NCBI GenBank assembly: GCA_023473585.1
Contig: JAMCYU010000004.1
Coordinates: 66,033-130,032, forward strand
Source of the DNA: Patescibacteria group bacterium
GTDB lineage: Bacteria; Patescibacteriota; Microgenomatia; JAMCYU01
DNA: 64,000 nucleotides
Direction: 5' to 3'
Below are positions 27,233-33,850 of this stretch, piece by piece (the stretch's first letter is position 1; each line of letters begins with the position of its first letter). Both the position numbers and the translations under genes were made by a program. The notes below the pieces were generated by a model. That model made no database searches, was not told the origin of the DNA, and saw nothing but the letters and a program-made list of their open reading frames with translations.

Positions 27233-28573
27233 ATGAAGTTTTTTGTTCGTTATTTACGTTTGTTCTCTTGGTTTGTACGGGCTTTTGTTACTAAACACCG
27301 AAGTCTTATCTCTTTTAGTTTTATCGCCGGTTTCTTAATCTTTTTACTTTTTGTGGAACTTTATCCGATTGTCATCAAACCCTTGTTTCACCAAAAAACC
27401 AAAGTTATTGCCGTTATCGGTAATTATACCCCAACAACCCTTCCCTCTTATCTTCAAAATCTTATCAGTTTTGGTCTAACTTCCATTGATCAATCAGGCG
27501 AAGCAACTTCGTCAATTGCCTTAAATTGGGAAATAAAAGACGACGGCAAAACTTATCTTTTTAAAATTAAAAACGATTTATTTTGGCACGATAAAACAAA
27601 GTTTAAAGCTTCTGACATTAATTATAATCTTAAAGATGTCACCTTTGAGTTTATCACTCAAGATCTTCTGAAGATTAGCTTAAAGGAGCCTTTTTCTCCT
27701 TTACCAACCATTCTTTCCCGTCCGATTTTTAAACGCGGCTTAGTCGGTTTGGGCCCTTATAAGGTCACGAAAATAAAACTTAAAGGCGATACTTTGCAAA
27801 ATATGTCCTTAACCCCCTTAACCGCGGATTTTCCTCCGCTTGAGTTTAAGTTTTATTCTACGGAAGCGGCGGCGATAACGGCTTTTAAACTTGGCGAAGT
27901 TAATATCCTCGATCGAGTCAGCGACGTCAATGGTTTTAAAAATTGGCCGAATTTAAAGATAAGCTCACAAATTTATGAGAATTACAATATTATTCTTTTT
28001 TTCAATACCCGGCTGCCGTTACTCCAAAAAAGAGCCGTTCGCCAAGGTTTGGCTTACGCCGTTCCCTCTTTTTCGCAAGAAACCTCCAACAGTCCTCTTA
28101 ATCCTCATTCCTGGGCGTATAATCCGAATGTCAAAAATTATTCGCAAAATCAGGAACTGTCTAAAAGTTTATTGATAAAAGAGGGGATCGCCACGGCCTC
28201 GGCTAACCTGACCATCTCAACTTTTACTTCCTTTTTGCCTTACGCTCAAAAAATTGCCCAGTCCTGGGATTCCCTGGGCCTAAAAACCAATATCAGGGTC
28301 GAAAATTCCGTTCCGGGAAGCTTTGACGTTTTACTCATGAGTCAGGAGATTCCGCCTGACCCCGACCAGTATCACCTCTGGCATTCAACCCAAACCACGA
28401 ATATCACCGGTTTTGGCAGTCCCAAGATTGATAAACTTTTAGAAGACGGGAGAAAAACGACCGATAAGGAAAAAAGAACGCTAATTTATAAGGATTTTCA
28501 GCGTTACTTGCTTGAAGAAGCTCCCGCGGTTTTCCTCTTCCATCCCAAGCTCTACACCATTGAAAGAAGTTAG
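27233..28573 (+). CDS. ABC transporter substrate-binding protein family 5-like (membrane anchored)
   Basis: N-terminal TM anchor; C-terminal region similar to SBP_bac_5. Confidence 0.45.
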   Translation: MKFFVRYLRLFSWFVRAFVTKHRSLISFSFIAGFLIFLLFVELYPIVIKPLFHQKTKVIAVIGNYTPTTLPSYLQNLISFGLTSIDQSGEATSSIALNWEIKDDGKTYLFKIKNDLFWHDKTKFKASDINYNLKDVTFEFITQDLLKISLKEPFSPLPTILSRPIFKRGLVGLGPYKVTKIKLKGDTLQNMSLTPLTADFPPLEFKFYSTEAAAITAFKLGEVNILDRVSDVNGFKNWPNLKISSQIYENYNIILFFNTRLPLLQKRAVRQGLAYAVPSFSQETSNSPLNPHSWAYNPNVKNYSQNQELSKSLLIKEGIATASANLTISTFTSFLPYAQKIAQSWDSLGLKTNIRVENSVPGSFDVLLMSQEIPPDPDQYHLWHSTQTTNITGFGSPKIDKLLEDGRKTTDKEKRTLIYKDFQRYLLEEAPAVFLFHPKLYTIERS

Positions 28574-28584
28574 AAAAGAGCGGT

Positions 28585-28613
28585 TTGTGAGCAAAACGTC
28601 TTTCTGATATAAT
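28585..28613 (+). promoter_or_regulatory. sigma70-like promoter of tRNA cluster
   Basis: TTGTGA, 17 nt spacer, TATAAT; 14 nt upstream of tRNA-Leu. Confidence 0.4.
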
Positions 28614-28626
28614 TCTTTTTGCCTTT

Positions 28627-28713
28627 GGGCAAGTGGCGAAACTGGCAGACGCGCAGGCTTCAGGAGCCTGTTCCCTTTAACAAGGAATGGAGGTTCGAGT
28701 CCTCTCTTGCCCA
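28627..28713 (+). tRNA. tRNA-Leu (CAG)
   Basis: Class II cloverleaf: acceptor GGGCAAG/CUUGCCC, anticodon loop UUCAGGA, long variable arm, T-loop UUCGAGU. Confidence 0.8.
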
Positions 28714-28718
28714 CTTAA

Positions 28719-28805
28719 GCCGAGGTGGTGAAATCGGTAGACACGCAGCCTTGAGGAGGCTGTACCCTTAAACAAGGTGTGCAGGTTCAAATCCTGTCCT
28801 CGGCA
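28719..28805 (+). tRNA. tRNA-Leu (GAG)
   Basis: Acceptor GCCGAGG/CCUCGGC, anticodon loop UUGAGGA, long variable arm. Confidence 0.8.
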
Positions 28806-28888
28806 CAGCATAAGTGGGAGTTCGTTTACCCCGCTGATTGCGGAGCAATTTTGCGGGGAGTCTCCCCGAGAGCACTTAAAATAGAGAA

Positions 28889-29066
28889 TGACCGCTTAGC
28901 TCAACGGTGGAGCGCGACATTTACACCGCGCCTGCACTGGCCGGTTAGTTCAGTTGGTAGAACGCCTCGTTTACATCGAGGAAGTCGGAGGTTCGAGTCC
29001 TCCATCGGCCACAGTTTCGGCGGGCAGGTCGAAGAGGTTGGTGGTTCGAATCCACCAGCGGTCACC
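28889..29066 (+). other. two tRNA-half-like segments flanking tRNA-Val (5' half 28889-28938, 3' half 29012-29066 ending in encoded CCA)
   Basis: GACCGCU (5') and AGCGGUC-A-CCA (3') are perfectly complementary acceptor-like strands. The 5' piece has a canonical D-arm, the 3' piece a canonical T-arm GGUGGUUCGAAUCCACC. No canonical anticodon arm can be assembled. Confidence 0.3.
28939..29011 (+). tRNA. tRNA-Val (UAC)
   Basis: Acceptor GGCCGGU/AUCGGCC, anticodon loop UUUACAU, T-loop UUCGAGU. Confidence 0.8.
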
Positions 29067-29072
29067 AGAAGC

Positions 29073-29933
29073 TTATATTTTCGTTTTTTTCCATCGGCGG
29101 TAAAGAATAACTCCACCCAAAACCGGCACCCAGATAACCCCATAAACCATAATCCAAATTCCCTTTTCGGCCAAACCTCTTCCGGTATTGATTAAGGATC
29201 TGACGGCTAATTTAAAGACGACGGCCGGTCTAAAAGCCTGGCTTGGAGCGTAGGGAAGAGCCATTTCGTCTGAAGATAAATAAATCGTGATTTTTGATAA
29301 ACTGGCGGTTTGTTCCAAATATTTTTGCCTGCCTTTTAAAGCATCAATTTGATCCTGAAGACCAATCAGCTCCCGTTGAACCGTTAAGAGGTCCTGAACT
29401 TGTGCCGCCTTGTTCATAATTTCTTCAAATTTACTTTTGGTCGCTTCCAAAGTTTTTAAACGGGCCTCCAAATCAACATATTGGTCGGTTACGTCTGTTC
29501 CCATAACATTTTCTGAAGTAACCTTAACGGCAAGTTTTCGGTATTCGTCAATCGTCCCTTTAACTTTATCGGCGGGTATTCTTACCACAACTGTGGCAAA
29601 AGGCGCTTCTTCGGGTTGGCTAATAGTGCTTGAAACCATAAAACCGCCGTTCGTTTTGGCCAGATCGATGATTTTGTCAGCAACTTCCTTGACTTTTAAA
29701 ACGACCAAAGACATTGAGGTTTCTTCAACGATAATTCTTTTAGCCTGGTTCGTCGGCGCCGATTCTTGCTGAAAAGAAAGACGCGAAGGAAGGGGAGCGG
29801 AAGAAAAAAATTCGGAATAATTGGTTACCCTAGATAAACCGAAAGGAGAAACGCCAAAATAGGGCCGTAAGATAAAATAAACCAGGGCTATAAGAAGAAG
29901 GGAAGAGAGTTTGTGATTTTTAATCCAATCCAT
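29073..29933 (-). CDS. DUF4349-like membrane-anchored coiled-coil protein
   Basis: Start assigned to the internal Met (MDWIKNHK...) because the longer ORF runs into tRNA-Phe. N- and C-terminal TM segments with a central coiled coil. Confidence 0.45.
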   Translation of the reverse strand: MDWIKNHKLSSLLLIALVYFILRPYFGVSPFGLSRVTNYSEFFSSAPLPSRLSFQQESAPTNQAKRIIVEETSMSLVVLKVKEVADKIIDLAKTNGGFMVSSTISQPEEAPFATVVVRIPADKVKGTIDEYRKLAVKVTSENVMGTDVTDQYVDLEARLKTLEATKSKFEEIMNKAAQVQDLLTVQRELIGLQDQIDALKGRQKYLEQTASLSKITIYLSSDEMALPYAPSQAFRPAVVFKLAVRSLINTGRGLAEKGIWIMVYGVIWVPVLGGVILYRRWKKTKI

Positions 29934-29968
29934 AACTTCATGATAAAATTGAATAAAGTGTTTGTCAA

Positions 29969-29997
29969 GTAAACCCAAATTTGGTAGAATAAGTCGT
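29969..29997 (+). promoter_or_regulatory. sigma70-like promoter upstream of tRNA-Phe
   Basis: TTGTCA, 17 nt spacer, extended -10 TGgTAGAAT. Confidence 0.4.
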
Positions 29998-30023
29998 GTA
30001 CTTCCAAAACAAAGTTTGTACAT

Positions 30024-30096
30024 GCCGAGGTAGCCAAGGCGGTCACGGCGCGTGTCTGAAAAACATGAGATGACAGTTCGATTCTGTCCCTCGGCA
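30024..30096 (+). tRNA. tRNA-Phe (GAA)
   Basis: Acceptor GCCGAGG/CCUCGGC, anticodon loop CUGAAAA, T-loop UUCGAUU. Confidence 0.75.
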
Positions 30097-30162
30097 CTAG
30101 AAATTTACTCAGGAAACGTCTTTTGCGAAAATTATTTTTCGCAAGTAAATTTCTAGTGTGAA
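30094..30162 (+). repeat. ~65-nt palindromic hairpin element (paralog at 39277-39337)
   Basis: CACTAGAAATTTACT...AGTAAATTTCTAGTG outer 15-bp inverted repeat with a nested CTTTTGCGAAAA/TTTTTCGCAAG inverted repeat; begins at the 3' end of tRNA-Phe. Confidence 0.5.
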
Positions 30163-30213
30163 CACGTTTTAAAAGAAGATGTTTACACTGAAAAATCGTT
30201 TAGATTTTTTAGT

Positions 30214-30284
30214 GCGGGTGTGGTTTAATGGTAAAATAACTCCCTTCCAAGGAGTTGACGGCAGTTCGATTCTGCTCACCCGCT
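30214..30284 (+). tRNA. tRNA-Gly (UCC)
   Basis: Acceptor GCGGGUG/CACCCGC, anticodon loop CUUCCAA. Confidence 0.8.
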
Positions 30285-30349
30285 CAAGTCGTTGAGCGAG
30301 GCTCGCTAAAGGCGGCCCGCTCCCGAGTCAAACTCGGTTCGTAAAAGTT

Positions 30350-30420
30350 TTCGGGATCGTCTAGCGGTAGGACAGCAGCCTTTGGAGCTGCGAACCTAGG
30401 TTCGAATCCTAGTCCCGAAG
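30350..30420 (+). tRNA. tRNA-Gln (UUG)
   Basis: U1-A72 start as in bacterial tRNA-Gln, D-loop AGCGGUA, anticodon loop CUUUGGA. Confidence 0.7.
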
Positions 30421-30454
30421 CCGATTCGACTCGCGAAAGAATCATATTAATTAT

Positions 30455-30540
30455 GCCGGGGTGGCGGAACTGGCAGACGCGCAGGACTTAAAATCCTGTG
30501 ATGCTAACACATCGTGAGGGTTCGAGTCCCTCTCTCGGCA
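30455..30540 (+). tRNA. tRNA-Leu (UAA)
   Basis: Class II; anticodon loop CUUAAAA, long variable arm, T-loop UUCGAGU. Confidence 0.75.
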
Positions 30541-30598
30541 CAAAGGATGTTAATAATTATCACTTGCTAAATAGCGTGAGGTAATATACACTTAAGAC

Positions 30599-31024
30599 GT
30601 GAAAGACCTTAAGGAAATAAGAAGTGTTATACCGCTAATCATATGGTGGTGTGAAGGGACAAAACCCAGACGTGATAAGAGGTGGAAAAACGCAGTCCTT
30701 TGCCCAATAGAGGTTAGCAACACTGATCCAAAAATTATTAAAATATTTAGAGATTATCTTGTACAAGAATTGGGGGTTTCAGAAAAAGGTATAAAGGGTC
30801 AACTGCAAGTTCATGAAGGAGATAATAAAAGTGAACTTGAGATTTATTGGTCAAAAATAACCGATATTCCATTGAGTCAATTCAATAAAACTATCATAAG
30901 AAAAATCGGAAATAAACCTGGAAAGAGTAAAGGAACTTTCAAATTAAGATTTTACAATAAAAGAGTATATAAAAAACTAGAAAGCTCTTTAACTAAATTT
31001 TTGAAGCTCTTTAACGGAGTGTAG
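30599..31024 (+). CDS. hypothetical protein embedded in tRNA cluster
   Basis: 141 aa ORF, GTG start 8 nt after a TATACA -10. Its stop codon lies inside the 5' end of tRNA-Pro. No recognisable domain. Confidence 0.3.
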   Translation: MKDLKEIRSVIPLIIWWCEGTKPRRDKRWKNAVLCPIEVSNTDPKIIKIFRDYLVQELGVSEKGIKGQLQVHEGDNKSELEIYWSKITDIPLSQFNKTIIRKIGNKPGKSKGTFKLRFYNKRVYKKLESSLTKFLKLFNGV

Positions 31025-31091
31025 CGCAGTTGGCTAGCGCGCCTCGTTTGGGACGAGGAGGTCCCCGGTTCAAGTCCGGGCACTCCGACCA
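31015..31091 (+). tRNA. tRNA-Pro (UGG), CCA encoded
   Basis: C1-G72 pair typical of bacterial tRNA-Pro, anticodon loop UUUGGGA, 3' end ...CACUCCG-A-CCA. Confidence 0.8.
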
Positions 31092-31140
31092 ACTTAAAAG
31101 TGAGGGTTTGGTTCATAGCAGAACAATTCACTAGGGTTAC

Positions 31141-31212
31141 GCGGGAGTAGTTCAGCAGTAGAACGTTTCCTTGCCAAGGAAAAGGTCGCGGGTGCGAATC
31201 CCGTCTCCCGCT
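31141..31212 (+). tRNA. tRNA-Gly (GCC)
   Basis: Acceptor GCGGGAG/CUCCCGC, anticodon loop UUGCCAA. Confidence 0.8.
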
Positions 31213-31278
31213 CAAGCGCCTTTGGCGACTTGAGCGAGGCTCGCCTCGCCTGAAAGGCGGGCGGCCCGCTCTATATTT

Positions 31279-31530
31279 ATGTTTATTGTTTACGTCCTTC
31301 AAAGTCTCAAAGATAACAAGACATACGTTGGATATACCGACAATTTTGAGAGACGATTCAAACAGCATAATTCAGGGAAATCAAAATCTACAAAAAATCG
31401 AGCGCCATTTAAATTACTCTTCGAAGAAGAATTTGAAAATTCAGTTGAAGCGAAAAAACGAGAGTTGTGGTGGAAAAGCGGAATTGGAAGAAAGAAACTG
31501 AAGGAGTATTTTGATAAGATCAAGAAATGA
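31279..31530 (+). CDS. GIY-YIG nuclease family small protein (YhbQ/UPF0213-like)
   Basis: 83 aa; IVYVLQSLKDNKTYVGYTDNFERRFKQHN matches the GIY-YIG (GIY...YVG..R...H) pattern. Follows tRNA-Gly and a GC-rich hairpin. Confidence 0.65.
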   Translation: MFIVYVLQSLKDNKTYVGYTDNFERRFKQHNSGKSKSTKNRAPFKLLFEEEFENSVEAKKRELWWKSGIGRKKLKEYFDKIKK

Positions 31531-31853
31531 CAGAAAAGATATGTTTTAAGCGAGGGCTCTTTGGAGCGCTTCCCGGATATTTTTGCCGCCAAACCAACCT
31601 TTAAGATATAAAATTGTGTGTTTGTTCCGATGCCAGTCCTGAAGATAATATTTATCAATACGTCCACCCCTTTTTAAGAAAATAGCGATTAGTTCATCGA
31701 TAGAGGATTTTGTATTTATACCTTATTATAACACACCCAAAATTTAATTTCTCCGAGAGCTTGATAAGCTTCTTGTAACTTGATAAAATAGTTTTAATTG
31801 CCTCGAGCAGACGCGTTACAACGCGATTTGGTATAATCAAATCGCTAGTTTTT

Positions 31854-31927
31854 GCTCTCGTAGCTCAATTGGATAGAGCAGAGGGTTTCTAACCTTCAGG
31901 TTGCGTGTTCGAATCACGCCGAGAGCG
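31854..31927 (+). tRNA. tRNA-Arg (UCU)
   Basis: Acceptor GCUCUCG/CGAGAGC, anticodon loop UUUCUAA. Preceded by extended -10 TGgTATAAT embedded in the 8-bp inverted repeat GCGATTTG...CAAATCGC. Confidence 0.75.
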
Positions 31928-32047
31928 CAAAAAGAAGCGCGCGGTTGGGGGGTTCGCTTGCCCCGTAGACGACTTTAAGGAGTTCTTCGGGGAGTCCCTC
32001 TGGAGGCGCACGATAAGTTGGGAAAAGACAGGTGTTTTATCCCATAT

Positions 32048-32120
32048 GGTGGATGTAGCTCACCAGTAGAGCGCCCGCCTGTGAAGCGGGAGGAAGCGGG
32101 AGCATCACCCGTCATCCACC
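32048..32120 (+). tRNA. tRNA-His (GUG) with encoded G-1; atypical D- and T-loops
   Basis: 8-bp acceptor including G-1:C73 (His hallmark) and anticodon loop CUGUGAA. D-loop ACCAGUA lacks G18G19; T-loop AGCAUCA lacks the UUC motif. Confidence 0.5.
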
Positions 32121-32153
32121 CATAAAGACTTAGGCCGTTACGACGACATATAG

Positions 32154-32182
32154 TTGACATATTTCCTCCTAATTGCTATCAT
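32154..32182 (+). promoter_or_regulatory. sigma70-like promoter
   Basis: TTGACA, 17 nt spacer, TATCAT. Confidence 0.35.
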
Positions 32183-32193
32183 TCAAACACTTT

Positions 32194-32439
32194 ATGATAA
32201 TCAGATATGAGGGAAGAGAAGTTTTTCACGAGACAACCGTTGGCGCGAAAGGCGCTTTACTTGGCGCCTTAATGGGTGGACCAAGAACGGTTAGTTTAAG
32301 GCTTGTGCCTGACCGCGACGAACCCTTAAACGATACTGTCGTTGTTAGTGCCAGTTATGGCTCTTACGAGGTAAGGGGATCAGATATAAACACGAATTCT
32401 ACCTGCCTCAGAAATCACGTAAGGTGGTCTTGTTATTAA
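32194..32439 (+). CDS. hypothetical small glycine-zipper protein (uncertain; may be non-coding)
   Basis: 81 aa ORF 11 nt after the -10, no SD. GAKGALLGALMGG motif. Local GC higher than surroundings. Confidence 0.25.
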   Translation: MIIRYEGREVFHETTVGAKGALLGALMGGPRTVSLRLVPDRDEPLNDTVVVSASYGSYEVRGSDINTNSTCLRNHVRWSCY

Positions 32440-32527
32440 GTTGTAACCCGCCTCTCTTCAAACCTTCGAAATAACATTCTCCCTGCAATAAGCAGAGCTT
32501 TTACTTCGTAATAAATTGCAGGGTTTC

Positions 32528-32610
32528 AACCCTAAAGGAGAACGTTTTCTTTGCTTCAATTCATCCTCGCAATAAATTGTGAGGTATTCTTGAAGCGCCG
32601 AATAAAAAAT
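32528..32610 (+). ncRNA. candidate structured RNA element (paralog at 47527-47619)
   Basis: CCCUAAAGG..GUUUUCUUUG-GCUUCAA-UUCAUCC-[hairpin CCUCGCAA/UUGUGAGG]-UAUUC-UUGAAGC-GCCGAAUAAAAAA. The second copy has a different but self-complementary inner hairpin and a compensatory outer-stem change. Confidence 0.35.
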
Positions 32611-32689
32611 CCTGTTTAAAGGCTATCTTTTAAGTTGGCGGTTGGGTTATAATAAATTCGTAGATCGTTTATAAGGCTTCTTCCACGAA

Positions 32690-33808
32690 TTAAGCGATGA
32701 AATATCCCCTTGTAAAAAGAGCCACCAACAGAAACTGCAGAATTAAGAAAACAATAATTGTCAGGTAAAATTGCCATTTTGTTTTTGTCAAAAGCCCCAT
32801 GGCGATAAAGGCCGGAAAAAGATGAAGAATATACCTGGGCATGCTTTGCAAGGTTCCGGTAAAAGTGGGAATCAGTAGCGAGACGATCATCCAGACCCCA
32901 TAGGAAACTCTGACCTTTTTAAGAACATAAAAACCTAAGAAGAAGTAAAAAAAAGTCGAACCTAATTCTAAAATGGCAGTAAAATAAGTAATGTTTTTAG
33001 AAGCGAAGATAATTATCTTTAAGTATCTAAAAAGAACCTGAAAGGGAGAAATAAAATTTGCCTGTCCCCAATGAATCATTGATTTTTGAAAAAGAAAGAA
33101 ATCGCCGAAGTTTATTTGCAAATATAACCCGTAGAGAATCATCCCTAAAGGAATCAGAAAAATAAAATAAACTTTTCTTTTGAAAAAATTTTCAAGTAAA
33201 TTGCCATGTTTGTCTTTATTTTGCCAATACCATTCCACCAGTAGGGCTACAATCAGGGAAAGACCCACAAGTCTGGCTAGTCCCGCCATTAAGCCAAAAA
33301 TACCCGCCAACGGCCACCGACTTTTCCTGGCACAGTAAAAACTCAGGGTGGCAAAAAGAAAATAGAGCGATTCGGTGTAAACCGCGCCATAAAAAAACGA
33401 TACCGGAAAAACCAAAAGCAAGATGAGTGTTCGCCAAGCGATTTTTTGATCAAAGTCGAAAAGAATAATTTTGTAAAAAACGAAAAGAGAAAGAAAAAAA
33501 ACAAAATTAGTTATCAGCAATCCGGAGGTGAGAAAAGAAAAAGACGTTAGTTTATGAAGAATTGAAACAAGAAATGGCAAGAGCGGAAAATAGGCAAAAT
33601 TCGGATAATGGTAACCATCACGGGCAATATTAAGATAATTCGCTCCGTCAAAATTAGCCCAAATTCCCAAGAAATAGTTTAAGGAATTAAGATAGTTCAA
33701 AGAAAACCCATGAGTCGGATTAAAACGAAGAATAAAAACCGCCAGCAGGGAAAAAAAGAAGATAAGAATCTTCCAGCCGATAAAAAAAGAGGCTATTCGT
33801 TTAAACAT
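32690..33808 (-). CDS. GT-C fold integral membrane glycosyltransferase (ArnT/PMT/DUF2029-like)
   Basis: 372 aa, >=10 TM segments. WANFDGANYLNIARDGY resembles the conserved periplasmic loop of GT-C mannosyl/arabinosyl transferases. Confidence 0.45.
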   Translation of the reverse strand: MFKRIASFFIGWKILIFFFSLLAVFILRFNPTHGFSLNYLNSLNYFLGIWANFDGANYLNIARDGYHYPNFAYFPLLPFLVSILHKLTSFSFLTSGLLITNFVFFLSLFVFYKIILFDFDQKIAWRTLILLLVFPVSFFYGAVYTESLYFLFATLSFYCARKSRWPLAGIFGLMAGLARLVGLSLIVALLVEWYWQNKDKHGNLLENFFKRKVYFIFLIPLGMILYGLYLQINFGDFFLFQKSMIHWGQANFISPFQVLFRYLKIIIFASKNITYFTAILELGSTFFYFFLGFYVLKKVRVSYGVWMIVSLLIPTFTGTLQSMPRYILHLFPAFIAMGLLTKTKWQFYLTIIVFLILQFLLVALFTRGYFIA

Positions 33809-33850
33809 TATTTAATAGTGTATAATGGCAGCAACAAATAAGTTTCTAAA

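Noticed and set aside
29012-29066. CCA-terminated T-arm/acceptor segment considered as the 3' end of tmRNA
   Set aside because: No upstream tag-peptide reading frame, no 5' GGGG acceptor partner and total length far too short. Complementarity is instead to the tRNA-like 5' half at 28889.
28779-29195. ORFs 28779..29195 (+) and 28901..29143 (-) from the six-frame track
   Set aside because: They run straight through three tRNA genes and GC-rich tRNA spacers, so they are spurious.
29934-30023. Long N-terminal extension of the DUF4349 ORF (start at 30023)
   Set aside because: The extension abuts tRNA-Phe and overlaps its promoter on the other strand. The internal Met at 29933 gives a normal N-terminal TM. 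Shorter start preferred.
31299-31667. 122-aa minus-strand ORF
   Set aside because: Mostly antisense to the well-supported GIY-YIG gene with no motifs. Likely spurious.
31928-32047. GC-rich structured spacer examined for RNase P RNA, SRP RNA or tRNA
   Set aside because: Lacks conserved RNase P motifs (GGAAAGUCCGG, AGGGUGAAA), the SRP domain IV GGAAGGAAGCAGC motif, and a cloverleaf. Left unassigned.
32440-32640. AT-rich repeated hairpins that superficially resemble a CRISPR array
   Set aside because: Repeats are not identical or regularly spaced and there are no uniform spacers or nearby cas genes. Interpreted instead as a structured-RNA/repeat element.
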